Source: an uncultured Pelagibacteraceae bacterium
GTDB lineage: Bacteria; Pseudomonadota; Alphaproteobacteria; Pelagibacterales; Pelagibacteraceae
Direction: 5' to 3'
DNA: 64,000 nucleotides
NCBI GenBank assembly: GCA_902524235.1
Contig: CABZCF010000004.1
Location: 4,788 to 68,787 of the forward strand
Below the pieces are notes generated by a model that was given only the letters and a program-made list of their open reading frames with translations, ran no database searches and was not told where the DNA came from. Below are positions 1 to 10,474 of the stretch, piece after piece. Every line of letters starts with the position of its first letter. Position 1 is the first letter of the stretch. The translations under genes were made by a program, and so were the position numbers.

Positions 1-1397
1 TCCCAAAAATTCTCAACTACTTTTTTTCCTAAACCATCAATATTTAATGCATCCTTAGATATAAAATGTTTAATTTTTTCGACTGATATTTTATCACATT
101 CGTAAGCTTCTGCTGGACATCTTTTAACTGCATCGAACTTCTTTGTCAGAGTATTGAATTCTTTAACAATTTTTCTTCCACAAGATGGGCATTGTTTTGG
201 AAATATATATTTTTTGGAATTTTTTGGTCTTAAATTTTTATCAATAGAAATCACATGTGGGATTACATCTCCTGCTCTTTCGATTTTAACAGTGTCTCCA
301 ACCCTTATATCTTTTCTGTTTATTTCATCCTCGTTATGCAAAGATGCATTTGAGACAACCACTCCTCCAATATTAACAGGCTTTACTTTTGCAACAGGTG
401 TAAGTGCACCAGTTCTGCCAACTTGAATTTCGATTTTTTCAATTGTTGTTGTTGAACTTTTCGCTGAAAATTTATGCGCTATAGCCCATCTTGGAGCATT
501 AGCAACATTTCCAAGTCTAGACTGTAGTTTTAGATCATTTACTTTATAAACTAATCCATCCGTATCATACTCTATATCAAAGCGTTTTTTTTCAAAATTT
601 TCATGATTTTTAGAAAGCTCATGGACTCCAGTAATTACTTTATTAAATTGACTAGTTTTAAATCCCCACTTTGATAATGCAAAAATAAAATCTGACTGTT
701 TACTAAAAAAATTACTGTCAAAATATCCAAAGCTATAGGCAATAAATTTAAGCGGAATTTTTTTTGTTTGACCTGGATCCTTTTGTCTTAAAGATCCAGA
801 GGCAGCATTTCTCGCATTAGCAAATTTATCTTTTAATTTTTCAAAGTCTTTATTTGTTATAAATACTTCGCCCCTTATGTCTATGTCATCAGGAAAATCC
901 TTATGTTTTATTTTCTGAGGTATGTCGTTGATGGTTTTGAGATTTTCAGTTATAAGCTCTCCTAATTCCCCATCACCTCTAGACAAACCAGATAATAACT
1001 TTCCATTTTTATAAGTTAAAGATGCAGATATACCATCTATTTTGGGCTCAACACTGTATTCGAATGACTTATTTTTATCTAAGTTTAAATAATTACAAAT
1101 TTTTTTCTCAAAGTTTATTAAATCCTTTTCATCAAATGCATTAGATAAAGATAACATTTTTTCTCTGTGTGCAGATTTTTTAAAATTTCTGGATGGTTTG
1201 AAACCTACAGTTTTAGAAGGAGATTTGCTGTCATTTAAAAAATCATACTGTTTCTCTAATTTTAAGATTTCTTGTTTTAAATTATCATAATCTTTATCAG
1301 AAATTTTTGGATTGCTCTTATCATAATATAAAAGATTATGTTTTTGCAATAACTTAATTTTTTTTTGATATTGACCCTTAATTTTTTTTTCACTCAT
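1..1397 (-). CDS. ligA: NAD-dependent DNA ligase, N-terminal part (runs off the window start)
   Basis: Manual minus-strand translation: ATG at 1397 (MSEKKIKGQY), adenylation motif EPKIDGIS, SRGDG and a CPSCG zinc-finger start. Missing from the ORF track because its stop lies outside the window. Confidence 0.95.
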   Translation of the reverse strand, partial: MSEKKIKGQYQKKIKLLQKHNLLYYDKSNPKISDKDYDNLKQEILKLEKQYDFLNDSKSPSKTVGFKPSRNFKKSAHREKMLSLSNAFDEKDLINFEKKICNYLNLDKNKSFEYSVEPKIDGISASLTYKNGKLLSGLSRGDGELGELITENLKTINDIPQKIKHKDFPDDIDIRGEVFITNKDFEKLKDKFANARNAASGSLRQKDPGQTKKIPLKFIAYSFGYFDSNFFSKQSDFIFALSKWGFKTSQFNKVITGVHELSKNHENFEKKRFDIEYDTDGLVYKVNDLKLQSRLGNVANAPRWAIAHKFSAKSSTTTIEKIEIQVGRTGALTPVAKVKPVNIGGVVVSNASLHNEDEINRKDIRVGDTVKIERAGDVIPHVISIDKNLRPKNSKKYIFPKQCPSCGRKIVKEFNTLTKKFDAVKRCPAEAYECDKISVEKIKHFISKDALNIDGLGKKVVENFW

Positions 1398-1400
1398 ACT

Positions 1401-2237
1401 TTAGTTAATAAGCGATCTTAGTCTTTGAATAATTGTTTTTTTATTCTTAGCGGTTTTAATTTTTGGTTTTTCATAATTTTTGTTGAAAATTTTATATGAT
1501 TTTTCATACCATTCACCAGATTGATAATTATAACCTAATAAATTAGCGTATTTTTTCGACTCATCTATCAATCCAACCTTGTAATGTATCTCAACAAGTC
1601 TGTGTATAGCCTCCTCTACATAAATGGTATCATCATAATTTTCTAATATTGTTTTGTACCTATTGATTGCAGGTATCCATTTTTCTTTTTCTATATAATA
1701 TCTCCCTAAGTACATTTCTTTAGCGGCTAAGATTTCTTTAATCAAATCTAATTTAAACTCTGCATCAGCAGCATATTCACTACCCGGATATTCATTAATA
1801 ATAATTTGAAAATATTTTTTTGAATTTATAATTGGTTCAAGATCTTTCTTTTCATCAACTATTTGCTCGTAATATGCTAGACCAAGAAGATAGTAAGCAT
1901 AATTTTGTCTATTATGTTCAGGATAAGTTTTTAAAAATCGTTCTAATTCAAATATTGTATCGAAATATCTTTCATAAACGTAATATGAGTAGGCTGTCAT
2001 CAGGGCTGATCTAGGTGCCCAAATCGATTGAGGATATAAAATTTCGGCTTCACCAAATTTTTTAACTGCTAACATATAATCATTATTATCTAAAGCAGTT
2101 AAACCTTCATTGTAAGCTTTTATCATTTGACTATCTATGTTCGTGTCCTCTAAAGGCTTGACCTCAACTTTTTTTTGTCCACACCCTGAGATTATTAGAT
2201 ATGTAAAAAAGATAAAAAAAATGAAAATTTTTTTCAT
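1401..2237 (-). CDS. bamD: Outer membrane assembly lipoprotein BamD (ComL)
   Basis: Lipobox ISGC, TPR helices, AAKEMYLGRYY and AINRY motifs; next to lpxC. Confidence 0.93.
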   Translation of the reverse strand: MKKIFIFFIFFTYLIISGCGQKKVEVKPLEDTNIDSQMIKAYNEGLTALDNNDYMLAVKKFGEAEILYPQSIWAPRSALMTAYSYYVYERYFDTIFELERFLKTYPEHNRQNYAYYLLGLAYYEQIVDEKKDLEPIINSKKYFQIIINEYPGSEYAADAEFKLDLIKEILAAKEMYLGRYYIEKEKWIPAINRYKTILENYDDTIYVEEAIHRLVEIHYKVGLIDESKKYANLLGYNYQSGEWYEKSYKIFNKNYEKPKIKTAKNKKTIIQRLRSLIN

Positions 2238-2273
2238 AATATAATAATTGGGAATTTATCTAAAAATACTAAA

Positions 2274-3197
2274 TTAAGCTATAGATTTTAATTGATATTT
2301 TTCAATTAATGAATGAGGTAAATTTTTACCTTTTAGTTCAAACACCGAATAATTTTTCTTATCGCTGAATAATTTTACCAATAGCTGATGAGTTAAGCTA
2401 TGACCACCTTGAGAGCAAGTTATAGATCCTACAACTTTGTAGCCTGAGAGATATATATCGCCTATGCAATCCAGAATTTTATGATTTACAAATTCTTTAT
2501 TATTTCTTAATCCCTCTTTATTTAATAATTTAAATTTATCTATAACTAGCGCATTATCTAAACTTCCACCTTTAGCTAGACCAAGTCTTTTTAAATTATC
2601 AATATCTTCGTATTTACAAAATGTTCTTGAGTTATAGATATCTTCTAAATTATCGTTATATACACTGATCTTGTTTCTTTGACTTCCTATCATTGTATTT
2701 GGATATTTAATCTCAAAATCTATATCAAGATTAATATTTGATACATCAGCCCTAATAAACTTATCACTATTTCTAATTTCGACTGTTTTATTAATTTTAA
2801 TAACTTTTATCGGTGAGTTAGAATTTTTTATACCAGCCTTTTTAATGATATTTATCCAGTCTTTAGAAGAACCATCTAAAATTGGTACTTCCTGACTATC
2901 TAATTCAATTACAACATTGTCTATTCCTAAAATATATAAAGCAGCCATTAAATGTTCAATAGTAGAAACTTTCACTCCAGCATGGTTATTGATAGTTGTG
3001 CACAGATTTGTATCACAAACGTTATTAAATAAAGGAGAGACTATTTTTTCATCATTTACAATGTCTACTCTCTTAAAGCTAATTCCCTCATTTGGATTGG
3101 CAGGTAAAATATTTAAATTTACATTTTTACCTGAGTGTAAACCAATACCTGAAACACTTATTTTTGAATTAATTGTTTTTTGATTTAAGATAGACAT
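2274..3197 (-). CDS. lpxC: UDP-3-O-acyl-N-acetylglucosamine deacetylase
   Basis: GIGLHSG, TIEHLMAAL and HKILDCIGD motifs. Confidence 0.97.
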   Translation of the reverse strand: MSILNQKTINSKISVSGIGLHSGKNVNLNILPANPNEGISFKRVDIVNDEKIVSPLFNNVCDTNLCTTINNHAGVKVSTIEHLMAALYILGIDNVVIELDSQEVPILDGSSKDWINIIKKAGIKNSNSPIKVIKINKTVEIRNSDKFIRADVSNINLDIDFEIKYPNTMIGSQRNKISVYNDNLEDIYNSRTFCKYEDIDNLKRLGLAKGGSLDNALVIDKFKLLNKEGLRNNKEFVNHKILDCIGDIYLSGYKVVGSITCSQGGHSLTHQLLVKLFSDKKNYSVFELKGKNLPHSLIEKYQLKSIA

Positions 3198-3258
3198 ATT
3201 TGATTATACAAATCTCAATCAAAATTAAAAAAACAAGAAATGTTACAGTAAAATACAA

Positions 3259-4404
3259 TTATCTACTGAAATAATAGAAAAGTTTTTCAAAAAAACCCTG
3301 TTTTTTAAAAGATTTTGGTACTATTAAAATCTCATCTGATTTTTCAGAAGTAAGAAACAAATAACCCGCTCGACATATTAAATCGGTGTTTTCTTCAAAA
3401 AAGGTCATATCGTTAAAAAATTTATATTCATCTTTAAGATAAATTGAATTTTTAACTAAAATTTTTGATCCCTCGCCTGTAAAAATTAATATCGAACTAG
3501 AGTTTTTTATATAATTTAAATTATTAAGGTTTTTAAAACTTAGGTCAATTATTTCTTCAACTCTAGCATGAATTATTGCTAACAAAACATTTTTTGTTTG
3601 TTCATTATTAATAAATGTAGAGCTAGACTGTTTAAGAGTTTTTTTGATATTTTCAGATTTTTTAAAATCATATTTTAAAACTTTAGAAATATCACTTGTT
3701 ATGTGTGCACTTCCTATGGAAATATTGTTTAAATAATTTAATTTATTTTCATTATAAACAACTAGTGTTGTTTTAAATGCACCAATATCTAGAAATACTT
3801 TAAATTTAAAATTGTTTATATTTTTGTTGTAATTATGTGTCTTTATATAACTTGAACAATGAAACTGATTTATCATTATATGATAATTTTTAAATATATT
3901 TCTTAAATCTGAAATTGTATCTTTTGGAGCTAAAATAAATTTTATATCTAATATAATTTCATTATAAATCTTATCGTCTTCTACATATTCATCATAATTT
4001 ATTCCATCTAGATTAATATTATTTAATAACAAGTGTAATATTTTGAAATTCGAGTAATTATTTTTAATTAATGTCCTTGCTTCAATTAAAAATTTAGTTA
4101 TTTGATCATTGTGAATATTTATTTTTTCAATTTTTTTTTTTAAACAAATATCTAATGAAAATATTTTAGAATGGTCAAACATAACGTTAATATTTTTTAA
4201 ATGTCTATTTGTCTCTTTTTCAGCGTTTAGAATTAAATTATTAATATTTTGATTTTCAGTTATTTTGTTATTTGAATTAATTTTCTCGTGGCTAATATTT
4301 TCATTTATTAAAAATTTATTAAAAGGAGGGTAATTTTCAAAAATTCCTAATCTTAAGTTAGATGATCCATAATCAATTATGGAAAAGATATCCTTATCAC
4401 TCAT
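3259..4404 (-). CDS. ftsA: Divergent cell division protein FtsA
   Basis: Actin-fold motifs DYGSS, DIGAFKT, IGSAHITSDI and ARVEEI; C-terminal amphipathic helix GFFEKLFYYF; follows ftsQ. Confidence 0.8.
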   Translation of the reverse strand: MSDKDIFSIIDYGSSNLRLGIFENYPPFNKFLINENISHEKINSNNKITENQNINNLILNAEKETNRHLKNINVMFDHSKIFSLDICLKKKIEKINIHNDQITKFLIEARTLIKNNYSNFKILHLLLNNINLDGINYDEYVEDDKIYNEIILDIKFILAPKDTISDLRNIFKNYHIMINQFHCSSYIKTHNYNKNINNFKFKVFLDIGAFKTTLVVYNENKLNYLNNISIGSAHITSDISKVLKYDFKKSENIKKTLKQSSSTFINNEQTKNVLLAIIHARVEEIIDLSFKNLNNLNYIKNSSSILIFTGEGSKILVKNSIYLKDEYKFFNDMTFFEENTDLICRAGYLFLTSEKSDEILIVPKSFKKQGFFEKLFYYFSR

Positions 4405-5089
4405 TACTTATGATTACTTGATTTGCAACCCTTAAATCAATTGTAATATTTCCGGTAATTTTCTCTTTTTCAATAAATTTTTTTGCGATATTAATTGAAT
4501 TATCTAATTTTGATATAGGCAGTTTAATCAAAAGGTCATTTTTAAATTTTATATCCCATCTCCCACTATTAAAATAATATAAGTCAGTTATCTCGCTTAA
4601 AATGAAATCATTATTTTCTAGTGATAAGAAAACTCTTAACAATTCTGGTGTTTTAAAATTTCCAAATACTTTTGGAAGTTTTTTTGTATTTTTATAATAA
4701 TTTTCCCCAATTATTTTTCCATTAGAACCTACATATTGAATTTTATTATTATCGAAAGTTTTTGCAATTAATTCTGTTTCTTTAATATTTAATATTATCT
4801 GAGAAGGATATTTTTTAAAAATTGTATAACTTTCAATAAATGGAAATTGATTCATGTCATTTTGTATATAATTTTTATCTAATAAAAGTAAGTTGCTCCT
4901 TAAATACTTTTTTAATTTGGAATTTATATCAAGTGTTAATTTTTCATTAACTCCATTAATTTTTATATCCTCAATTAAAAAAAAATTTTTTTTTAATTTA
5001 TGAATATTTATATTGTTAAAAGTAGATAGAAATAAAATTAAGAGAATATAAAAAATAATTTTTATTTTTTTATCGATTGATCGAAGCAT
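4397..5089 (-). CDS. ftsQ: Cell division protein FtsQ/DivIB
   Basis: N-terminal TM, POTRA-like region, GRWD and IDLRV motifs; between ddl and ftsA. Confidence 0.85.
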   Translation of the reverse strand: MLRSIDKKIKIIFYILLILFLSTFNNINIHKLKKNFFLIEDIKINGVNEKLTLDINSKLKKYLRSNLLLLDKNYIQNDMNQFPFIESYTIFKKYPSQIILNIKETELIAKTFDNNKIQYVGSNGKIIGENYYKNTKKLPKVFGNFKTPELLRVFLSLENNDFILSEITDLYYFNSGRWDIKFKNDLLIKLPISKLDNSINIAKKFIEKEKITGNITIDLRVANQVIISNE

Positions 5090-5987
5090 CTTTTATGAGA
5101 AAATCAATAAGTTTAAAGAAAGTGATATTTTTAAATCTAGCTATTTCAGGCACCAATGAGAGAGAGGTCATTCCTGGTTGTGTATTTAGTTCTAGAAGAT
5201 AAAATTTATTATTATAGAACCTAAAGTCAGATCTTGAAACACCTCTGCACTTTAATAGTTTATGAGCCTTCAAAGCTATATCATTTACTTTATTATAGTT
5301 TATTTGGGACAAAGGTGCTGGCATGAGATGTTTGGTTTTCGCATTTTTTTGATATTTGGCTTTGTAATCATAAAATTTTCTACTTGGTATCAACTCAATT
5401 GCACCCAACTTTTTTTTTCCTAATACTGCTGCCTGTATCTCTCTACCTGGGATATACTTTTCAACCAAAATCTCATTGTAGTCTTTAAGTTTGTAAAGAT
5501 TTTTTATAAAGTTTTTATTACTACATATATGCACTCCAACACTTGAACCTTCATTTAAAGGTTTAATAACTACAGGGAATTTAAATGAATTATTAATTTT
5601 TTTAATAATGTTTTTTTGTATTTGTTTGTGAACACTGGCAACTTTGAAGCCCGGTGGTGTTAGAATTTTACTTTTTTTGAAAATATTTTTAGAAACTTCT
5701 TTGTCTATAGCTAATGATGATGAATATACTCCAGAGTGTGTATATTTAATTTTTTCACTTTCGAGAATAGTCTGCACATATCCATCCTCTCCGTATGTGC
5801 CATGTAATGCATTAAAAACTATATCTGGTTTTGCTTTTCTTAATTCATTTATTAGACCATTAGATGGATCTAATAACTTTACATTATATTTATTTTTAAG
5901 ACTTTTATAAACCTCAATACCAGTTTTTATACTAATCTCTCTTTCTTTTGAATATCCTCCCGCAAGTATTAAAACTTTTTTTTTCAT
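5070..5987 (-). CDS. ddl: D-alanine--D-alanine ligase
   Basis: GGYSKEREIS, LHGTYGEDG, EGSSVG, FYDYKAKY and ELNTQPG motifs. Confidence 0.97.
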   Translation of the reverse strand: MKKKVLILAGGYSKEREISIKTGIEVYKSLKNKYNVKLLDPSNGLINELRKAKPDIVFNALHGTYGEDGYVQTILESEKIKYTHSGVYSSSLAIDKEVSKNIFKKSKILTPPGFKVASVHKQIQKNIIKKINNSFKFPVVIKPLNEGSSVGVHICSNKNFIKNLYKLKDYNEILVEKYIPGREIQAAVLGKKKLGAIELIPSRKFYDYKAKYQKNAKTKHLMPAPLSQINYNKVNDIALKAHKLLKCRGVSRSDFRFYNNKFYLLELNTQPGMTSLSLVPEIARFKNITFFKLIDFLIKDASINR

Positions 5988-6896
5988 TTAATCTGCGATT
6001 ACAATTTCTAAATTTAATTTTATTTTGTATTTTTCTAAAACTTTTTTTTTAATGAAATTAATTAATTTTATCATATCATTGAATTTGGCATCCTTTTTGT
6101 TTACTAAAAAATTAAAGTGTTGATGTGAAATTGTTGCATCCCCAAATTCACACCCGGGTGGGACAGAATTTTTAATTAATTCCCATACTTTAAATTCACT
6201 ATTGTTTATTGGATTTTTAAATGTACTTCCCCCCGTTTTAACTCTTGATGGTTGGGATATTTTTTTTTTATTTTTTAATCTTTCAATTTCTTCATATATT
6301 TGATCTTTCTTTTTTTTTTTTCCTTTGAAAGATGCACTTAAAAAAATTAAATCATTTTTTAAATCAGTTCCTCTGTAAAAAAAATTTATTTTTGAAGACG
6401 GGATAGTATAAACTTTTCCCTCAAAATCCATTACCTGGATTGATAAAATGAAATCTTTAAACTCTTTTCCATAACATCCTGAATTCATCCTAACTCCACC
6501 ACCAACGGTGCCTGGTATACATGATAAAAATTCTAGACCACCAATTTCATTTTCGGCGAGATAATTTGATAGATTTTTATCTAGAACATTGCTGCCTGCA
6601 ATTACTGTATTATCGTTTAATTTCGATATATTTTTAAAACGATTTCCTAATTTTACTACAACACCATTATAAACGTCGTCAGTAAATAATGTATTTGATC
6701 CTGCGCCTAAAATAAATATTTTTCCTCTTTTTTTATATAATTTGAAAAATTCGGATAAATCTTTTAGCGAGTCAGGTTTGTAAAAGAGCTTCGATTTACC
6801 ACCAATATTAAACCAATTCAAATTTTTGATATTATAATCAAAATATAATGTATTTTTTTTCTTTTCAGAAAAATTTTTTAAATCTTGTAATTTCAT
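5988..6896 (-). CDS. murB: UDP-N-acetylenolpyruvoylglucosamine reductase
   Basis: LGAGSN, IPGTVGG and GSTFKNP motifs. Confidence 0.96.
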   Translation of the reverse strand: MKLQDLKNFSEKKKNTLYFDYNIKNLNWFNIGGKSKLFYKPDSLKDLSEFFKLYKKRGKIFILGAGSNTLFTDDVYNGVVVKLGNRFKNISKLNDNTVIAGSNVLDKNLSNYLAENEIGGLEFLSCIPGTVGGGVRMNSGCYGKEFKDFILSIQVMDFEGKVYTIPSSKINFFYRGTDLKNDLIFLSASFKGKKKKKDQIYEEIERLKNKKKISQPSRVKTGGSTFKNPINNSEFKVWELIKNSVPPGCEFGDATISHQHFNFLVNKKDAKFNDMIKLINFIKKKVLEKYKIKLNLEIVIAD

Positions 6897-8290
6897 TTGA
6901 GTTTATGTTCTAATGACCTCATCCAATTAGATATTGATCCAGCCCCCATACCAATAACAATTTTATCTCCAAAAATGTTTTGTTTTACGTATTTTAATAT
7001 ATCTTTTTCTTCGTTAACAATTACTAAATTTACTTTAGAATTCTTTATTATTTGTTTTGCAAAGTTTTTATAATTAAAATTTAGTTTAATATTTTCACCA
7101 GCTTTAAATATTGGACATAGTATTAAATAATCTGAATGTTTAAAACATTTTGTAAATTCATCTCTTAAACTATTTAATCTCGAGATTCTATGAGGCTGAA
7201 AAATGCAAACTATTTCTTTTTCATTATACACTTCTCGTAAACTAGTCAAAACACAACTAATTTCAGAAGGGTGATGAGCATAATCATCTATAAAGTTTAT
7301 TTTTCTATAACTAAATAAATTATTAAATCGCCTTTGCACTCCTTGAAAATTTTTTAATCCACTTTTAATCATTCTATTTGAAATACCAATTAAAAAACAC
7401 ACTGCTGCAGAAGCTGCTGCATTCCTTATGTTATGTAAACCAATAATCGGTAATTGTAATTTTTTTATATAATCTTTTTTTTGACCTGGTAAATTTATAG
7501 ATAAGTTAAATTGGGAGTAATCTTTATTATTAATTACATTCTCTATTCTAAAATTAGCACTCCTGTCTAATCCATAAGTCAAAAAATTTTTATTTTTAAT
7601 TTTATTTGAAATACTTTTTATTGCTGGGTCATCTATACATATGAAGCTTTTACCAAATGAAGGCGTTTTATCCAAAAATTTAATGAAACTTCCTTTGAGT
7701 TTGTCCAAGGATTTATGATAATCTAAATGTTCTGCATCAATGTTGGTTACAATAGAATAAGTTACTGGAATATCCAAAAAACTCCCATCAGACTCATCAG
7801 ACTCTAAAATACACCAATTACTTTTTCCCAATTTAGCTGAATTACCATACGAATTTAATACACCACCATTAATTACCGTAGGATCGATTTTTGAAAATGA
7901 AAAAATTGATGAAATGAGAGAGGTAGTTGTGGTTTTTCCGTGAGATCCAGCAACAACTATATTTTTCATTAATGACACAATATGTCCAAGCATTTCTCCT
8001 CTTTTATAGACTGGTAATTTTTTTTTTTTAGCTTTAATTAGTTCTGGATTATTCTTCTTGATGGCAGAAGAAATCACTAGGATTGTAGAATTAAAAATAT
8101 TTTTTTCTCTATGACCTAAAAAAACTTTAATTTTATTATTTTTGAGCCTCTCTACATTTTTGCTAAACGATAAATCACTTCCTTGAATTTTGAAACCAAG
8201 ACCTTTCATGATTATGGCCAATCCACTCATTCCAATGCCACCAATTCCTACAAAATGTATAGTCTCTTTATTTCCAAGTTTAATTTTCAT
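6893..8290 (-). CDS. murC: UDP-N-acetylmuramate--L-alanine ligase
   Basis: GIGGIGMSG, GSHGKTTT, ESDESDGSF and DDYAHHP motifs. Confidence 0.98.
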   Translation of the reverse strand: MKIKLGNKETIHFVGIGGIGMSGLAIIMKGLGFKIQGSDLSFSKNVERLKNNKIKVFLGHREKNIFNSTILVISSAIKKNNPELIKAKKKKLPVYKRGEMLGHIVSLMKNIVVAGSHGKTTTTSLISSIFSFSKIDPTVINGGVLNSYGNSAKLGKSNWCILESDESDGSFLDIPVTYSIVTNIDAEHLDYHKSLDKLKGSFIKFLDKTPSFGKSFICIDDPAIKSISNKIKNKNFLTYGLDRSANFRIENVINNKDYSQFNLSINLPGQKKDYIKKLQLPIIGLHNIRNAAASAAVCFLIGISNRMIKSGLKNFQGVQRRFNNLFSYRKINFIDDYAHHPSEISCVLTSLREVYNEKEIVCIFQPHRISRLNSLRDEFTKCFKHSDYLILCPIFKAGENIKLNFNYKNFAKQIIKNSKVNLVIVNEEKDILKYVKQNIFGDKIVIGMGAGSISNWMRSLEHKLK

Positions 8291-9353
8291 TGATTAATTT
8301 AATTAACTTTTTATTTATATCATCCCACTTATTTTGATAAGAAATATTTTTCAAATTCGAATATTTGTCTTGATAGATTGAATCACTAGATATTATTTTT
8401 TTTAAAAGGCCTATTAAATTTAATTTTTCTAAATTCGCTTGATTAACAAGCCAACAACAGTTTTTTTCCTCATAATATTTTGCGTTAAAGTATTGATGAT
8501 TATCTTTTGCAGATGGCAAGGGTATTCCTATAAAAGGGATGCATAATTTTGCCAATTCGCTTAATGTTGAGGCACCACATCTAGATATCGCTAAATCACA
8601 TTTTGACATATATTCATATATATTATTTTTAAATGTAAATAGTGAATTCGGAATTTTGTTTTGCGTATAAGTTTTTTTTATTTCGTCAATTTTACTTTCA
8701 TCACTTATCTGCTGATATATATTTATTTTTTTAATTTTATTTAAATCAATTAATATATCTTGGATAGTTTTATCAAAGTACAATGCTCCTTGGCTCCCTC
8801 CAATAACTAGGATTTTGGGCACTTCTGAGATATGCCTATTTTGAATATTTAAATCATATATATCTTTTTTTAAAATTGTTTCTGTTAAAAATATTTTATT
8901 TATATATTTATCTGGAAAATTCATAATTTTTTTATTGTAACAAATTATTTTGTCAGCAAATTTTAAGAAGTACTTGTTTGATCTTCCTAAAACCATATTG
9001 GGCTCAAATAATATGATTGAAATATTTAAAAATTTTGCAGACAAGCAAAATGGAAGAGACATATACCCGCCTGTACTTATAACTAATTTTATTTTGTTTT
9101 TTTTTAAATATAAATATCCTTTTACGATTGAAATAAACATAAAGGCTAATGAAAAGGGTAATTTAAAAATATTTTTTGATATTTGATCTATTTTAATAGT
9201 ATCAAAACTATATTTATTTTTATTTATAAATTTTTCCCCTCTAATATCTGTTACAATTTTTACGTCAAATTTCTTATTTAAATGATCAAAAATATTTAAT
9301 GCAGGCATGACGTGTCCACCTGTACCTCCTGTTGTTATCAATATTTTTTTCAT
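8280..9353 (-). CDS. murG: Undecaprenyl-PP-MurNAc-pentapeptide GlcNAc transferase
   Basis: GGTGGH, GGSQGA, RCGAST and HQYFNA motifs. Confidence 0.96.
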   Translation of the reverse strand: MKKILITTGGTGGHVMPALNIFDHLNKKFDVKIVTDIRGEKFINKNKYSFDTIKIDQISKNIFKLPFSLAFMFISIVKGYLYLKKNKIKLVISTGGYMSLPFCLSAKFLNISIILFEPNMVLGRSNKYFLKFADKIICYNKKIMNFPDKYINKIFLTETILKKDIYDLNIQNRHISEVPKILVIGGSQGALYFDKTIQDILIDLNKIKKINIYQQISDESKIDEIKKTYTQNKIPNSLFTFKNNIYEYMSKCDLAISRCGASTLSELAKLCIPFIGIPLPSAKDNHQYFNAKYYEEKNCCWLVNQANLEKLNLIGLLKKIISSDSIYQDKYSNLKNISYQNKWDDINKKLIKLINEN

Positions 9354-10474
9354 TAATATTTAATTTTTCTTTTAGTAAAATTTAAAATAATCCCAGATAT
9401 AATAGCAGTACTTATAATTGAAGATCCACCATTGCTTAAATATGGCAAAGTCATACCAGTTGTAGGCAATATTCTAATATTAACTCCTACATGAATAAAT
9501 GTTTGCATTAATATTAATACTACACATCCTAACAGAATTAATTTTATAAGATTGTTATCCTCTTTATCAATTATTTTCATTATCTTAAAAGATAAAAAAA
9601 GGTAAATGAACATAATACTAATTACAGAAATAGCACCAAATTCCTCAGAAATTACAGATATTATATAATCAGTATGTGCTTCTGGAACTTTCGTATTTAA
9701 GGTGCCTTCTCCTATTCCTTTTCCAAACAAACCTCCATTTATAATTGCCTCTGATGCTTTATCAGATTGGTAACTATTACCAGATGAAGGATTTAAAAAT
9801 GAAATTAATCTAAGTTTAATATAACTAAACTTTGGTATGTAAATTATTAAATAACTAACAAAACCTCCCAAGATAAAAAAGGACGAAAAAAATAAAAATA
9901 AATTTACCCCTGATATAAAAATTAATGACAACCAAACTATTATTACTAGAATGGACTGACCTATGTCTGGCTGAAGCATTAATAGTAAAATTATTGGTAA
10001 AATAATTGTAAAACTTAAAATAAATCTGACATATAAATTTTTAACATTTTTTAATGTTAGTAAAAATCCAATAGTAATAATTATAAAAGGTTTTAAAATT
10101 TCGATTGGCTGAAACCTTGGTAAGAATGCAAAACTAAGCCACCTTTTAGATCCTTTTACCTCAATTCCAAAAAAAGGAACTAAAATCAGAAAAAATGTAC
10201 AAATTAGGAATAAAATTAAACTAATGTAAATTAATTTATCTCTTTCGATGAATGAAATTAAAAAAAACAATGATATTCCAACACAAATAAATACAAAATG
10301 TTTTAAAAAAAAATAATATGAATTTGTACCCAATTTATCAGATGCAATTATTGATGTAGATACAAAAGAAAAAAATAGTCCTAAAAGAAATAAGCTCAAA
10401 ATTAATAATAATATTATTTTATCAATATTTTTCCACCAGTCATAATAAGATTCAAATAATTTATTTTTTAACAT
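9353..10474 (-). CDS. ftsW: Peptidoglycan polymerase FtsW (SEDS family)
   Basis: Polytopic membrane protein with QPDIG, PEAHTDY, EEFG and GMTLP..S.GGSS motifs. Confidence 0.95.
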   Translation of the reverse strand: MLKNKLFESYYDWWKNIDKIILLLILSLFLLGLFFSFVSTSIIASDKLGTNSYYFFLKHFVFICVGISLFFLISFIERDKLIYISLILFLICTFFLILVPFFGIEVKGSKRWLSFAFLPRFQPIEILKPFIIITIGFLLTLKNVKNLYVRFILSFTIILPIILLLMLQPDIGQSILVIIVWLSLIFISGVNLFLFFSSFFILGGFVSYLIIYIPKFSYIKLRLISFLNPSSGNSYQSDKASEAIINGGLFGKGIGEGTLNTKVPEAHTDYIISVISEEFGAISVISIMFIYLFLSFKIMKIIDKEDNNLIKLILLGCVVLILMQTFIHVGVNIRILPTTGMTLPYLSNGGSSIISTAIISGIILNFTKRKIKY

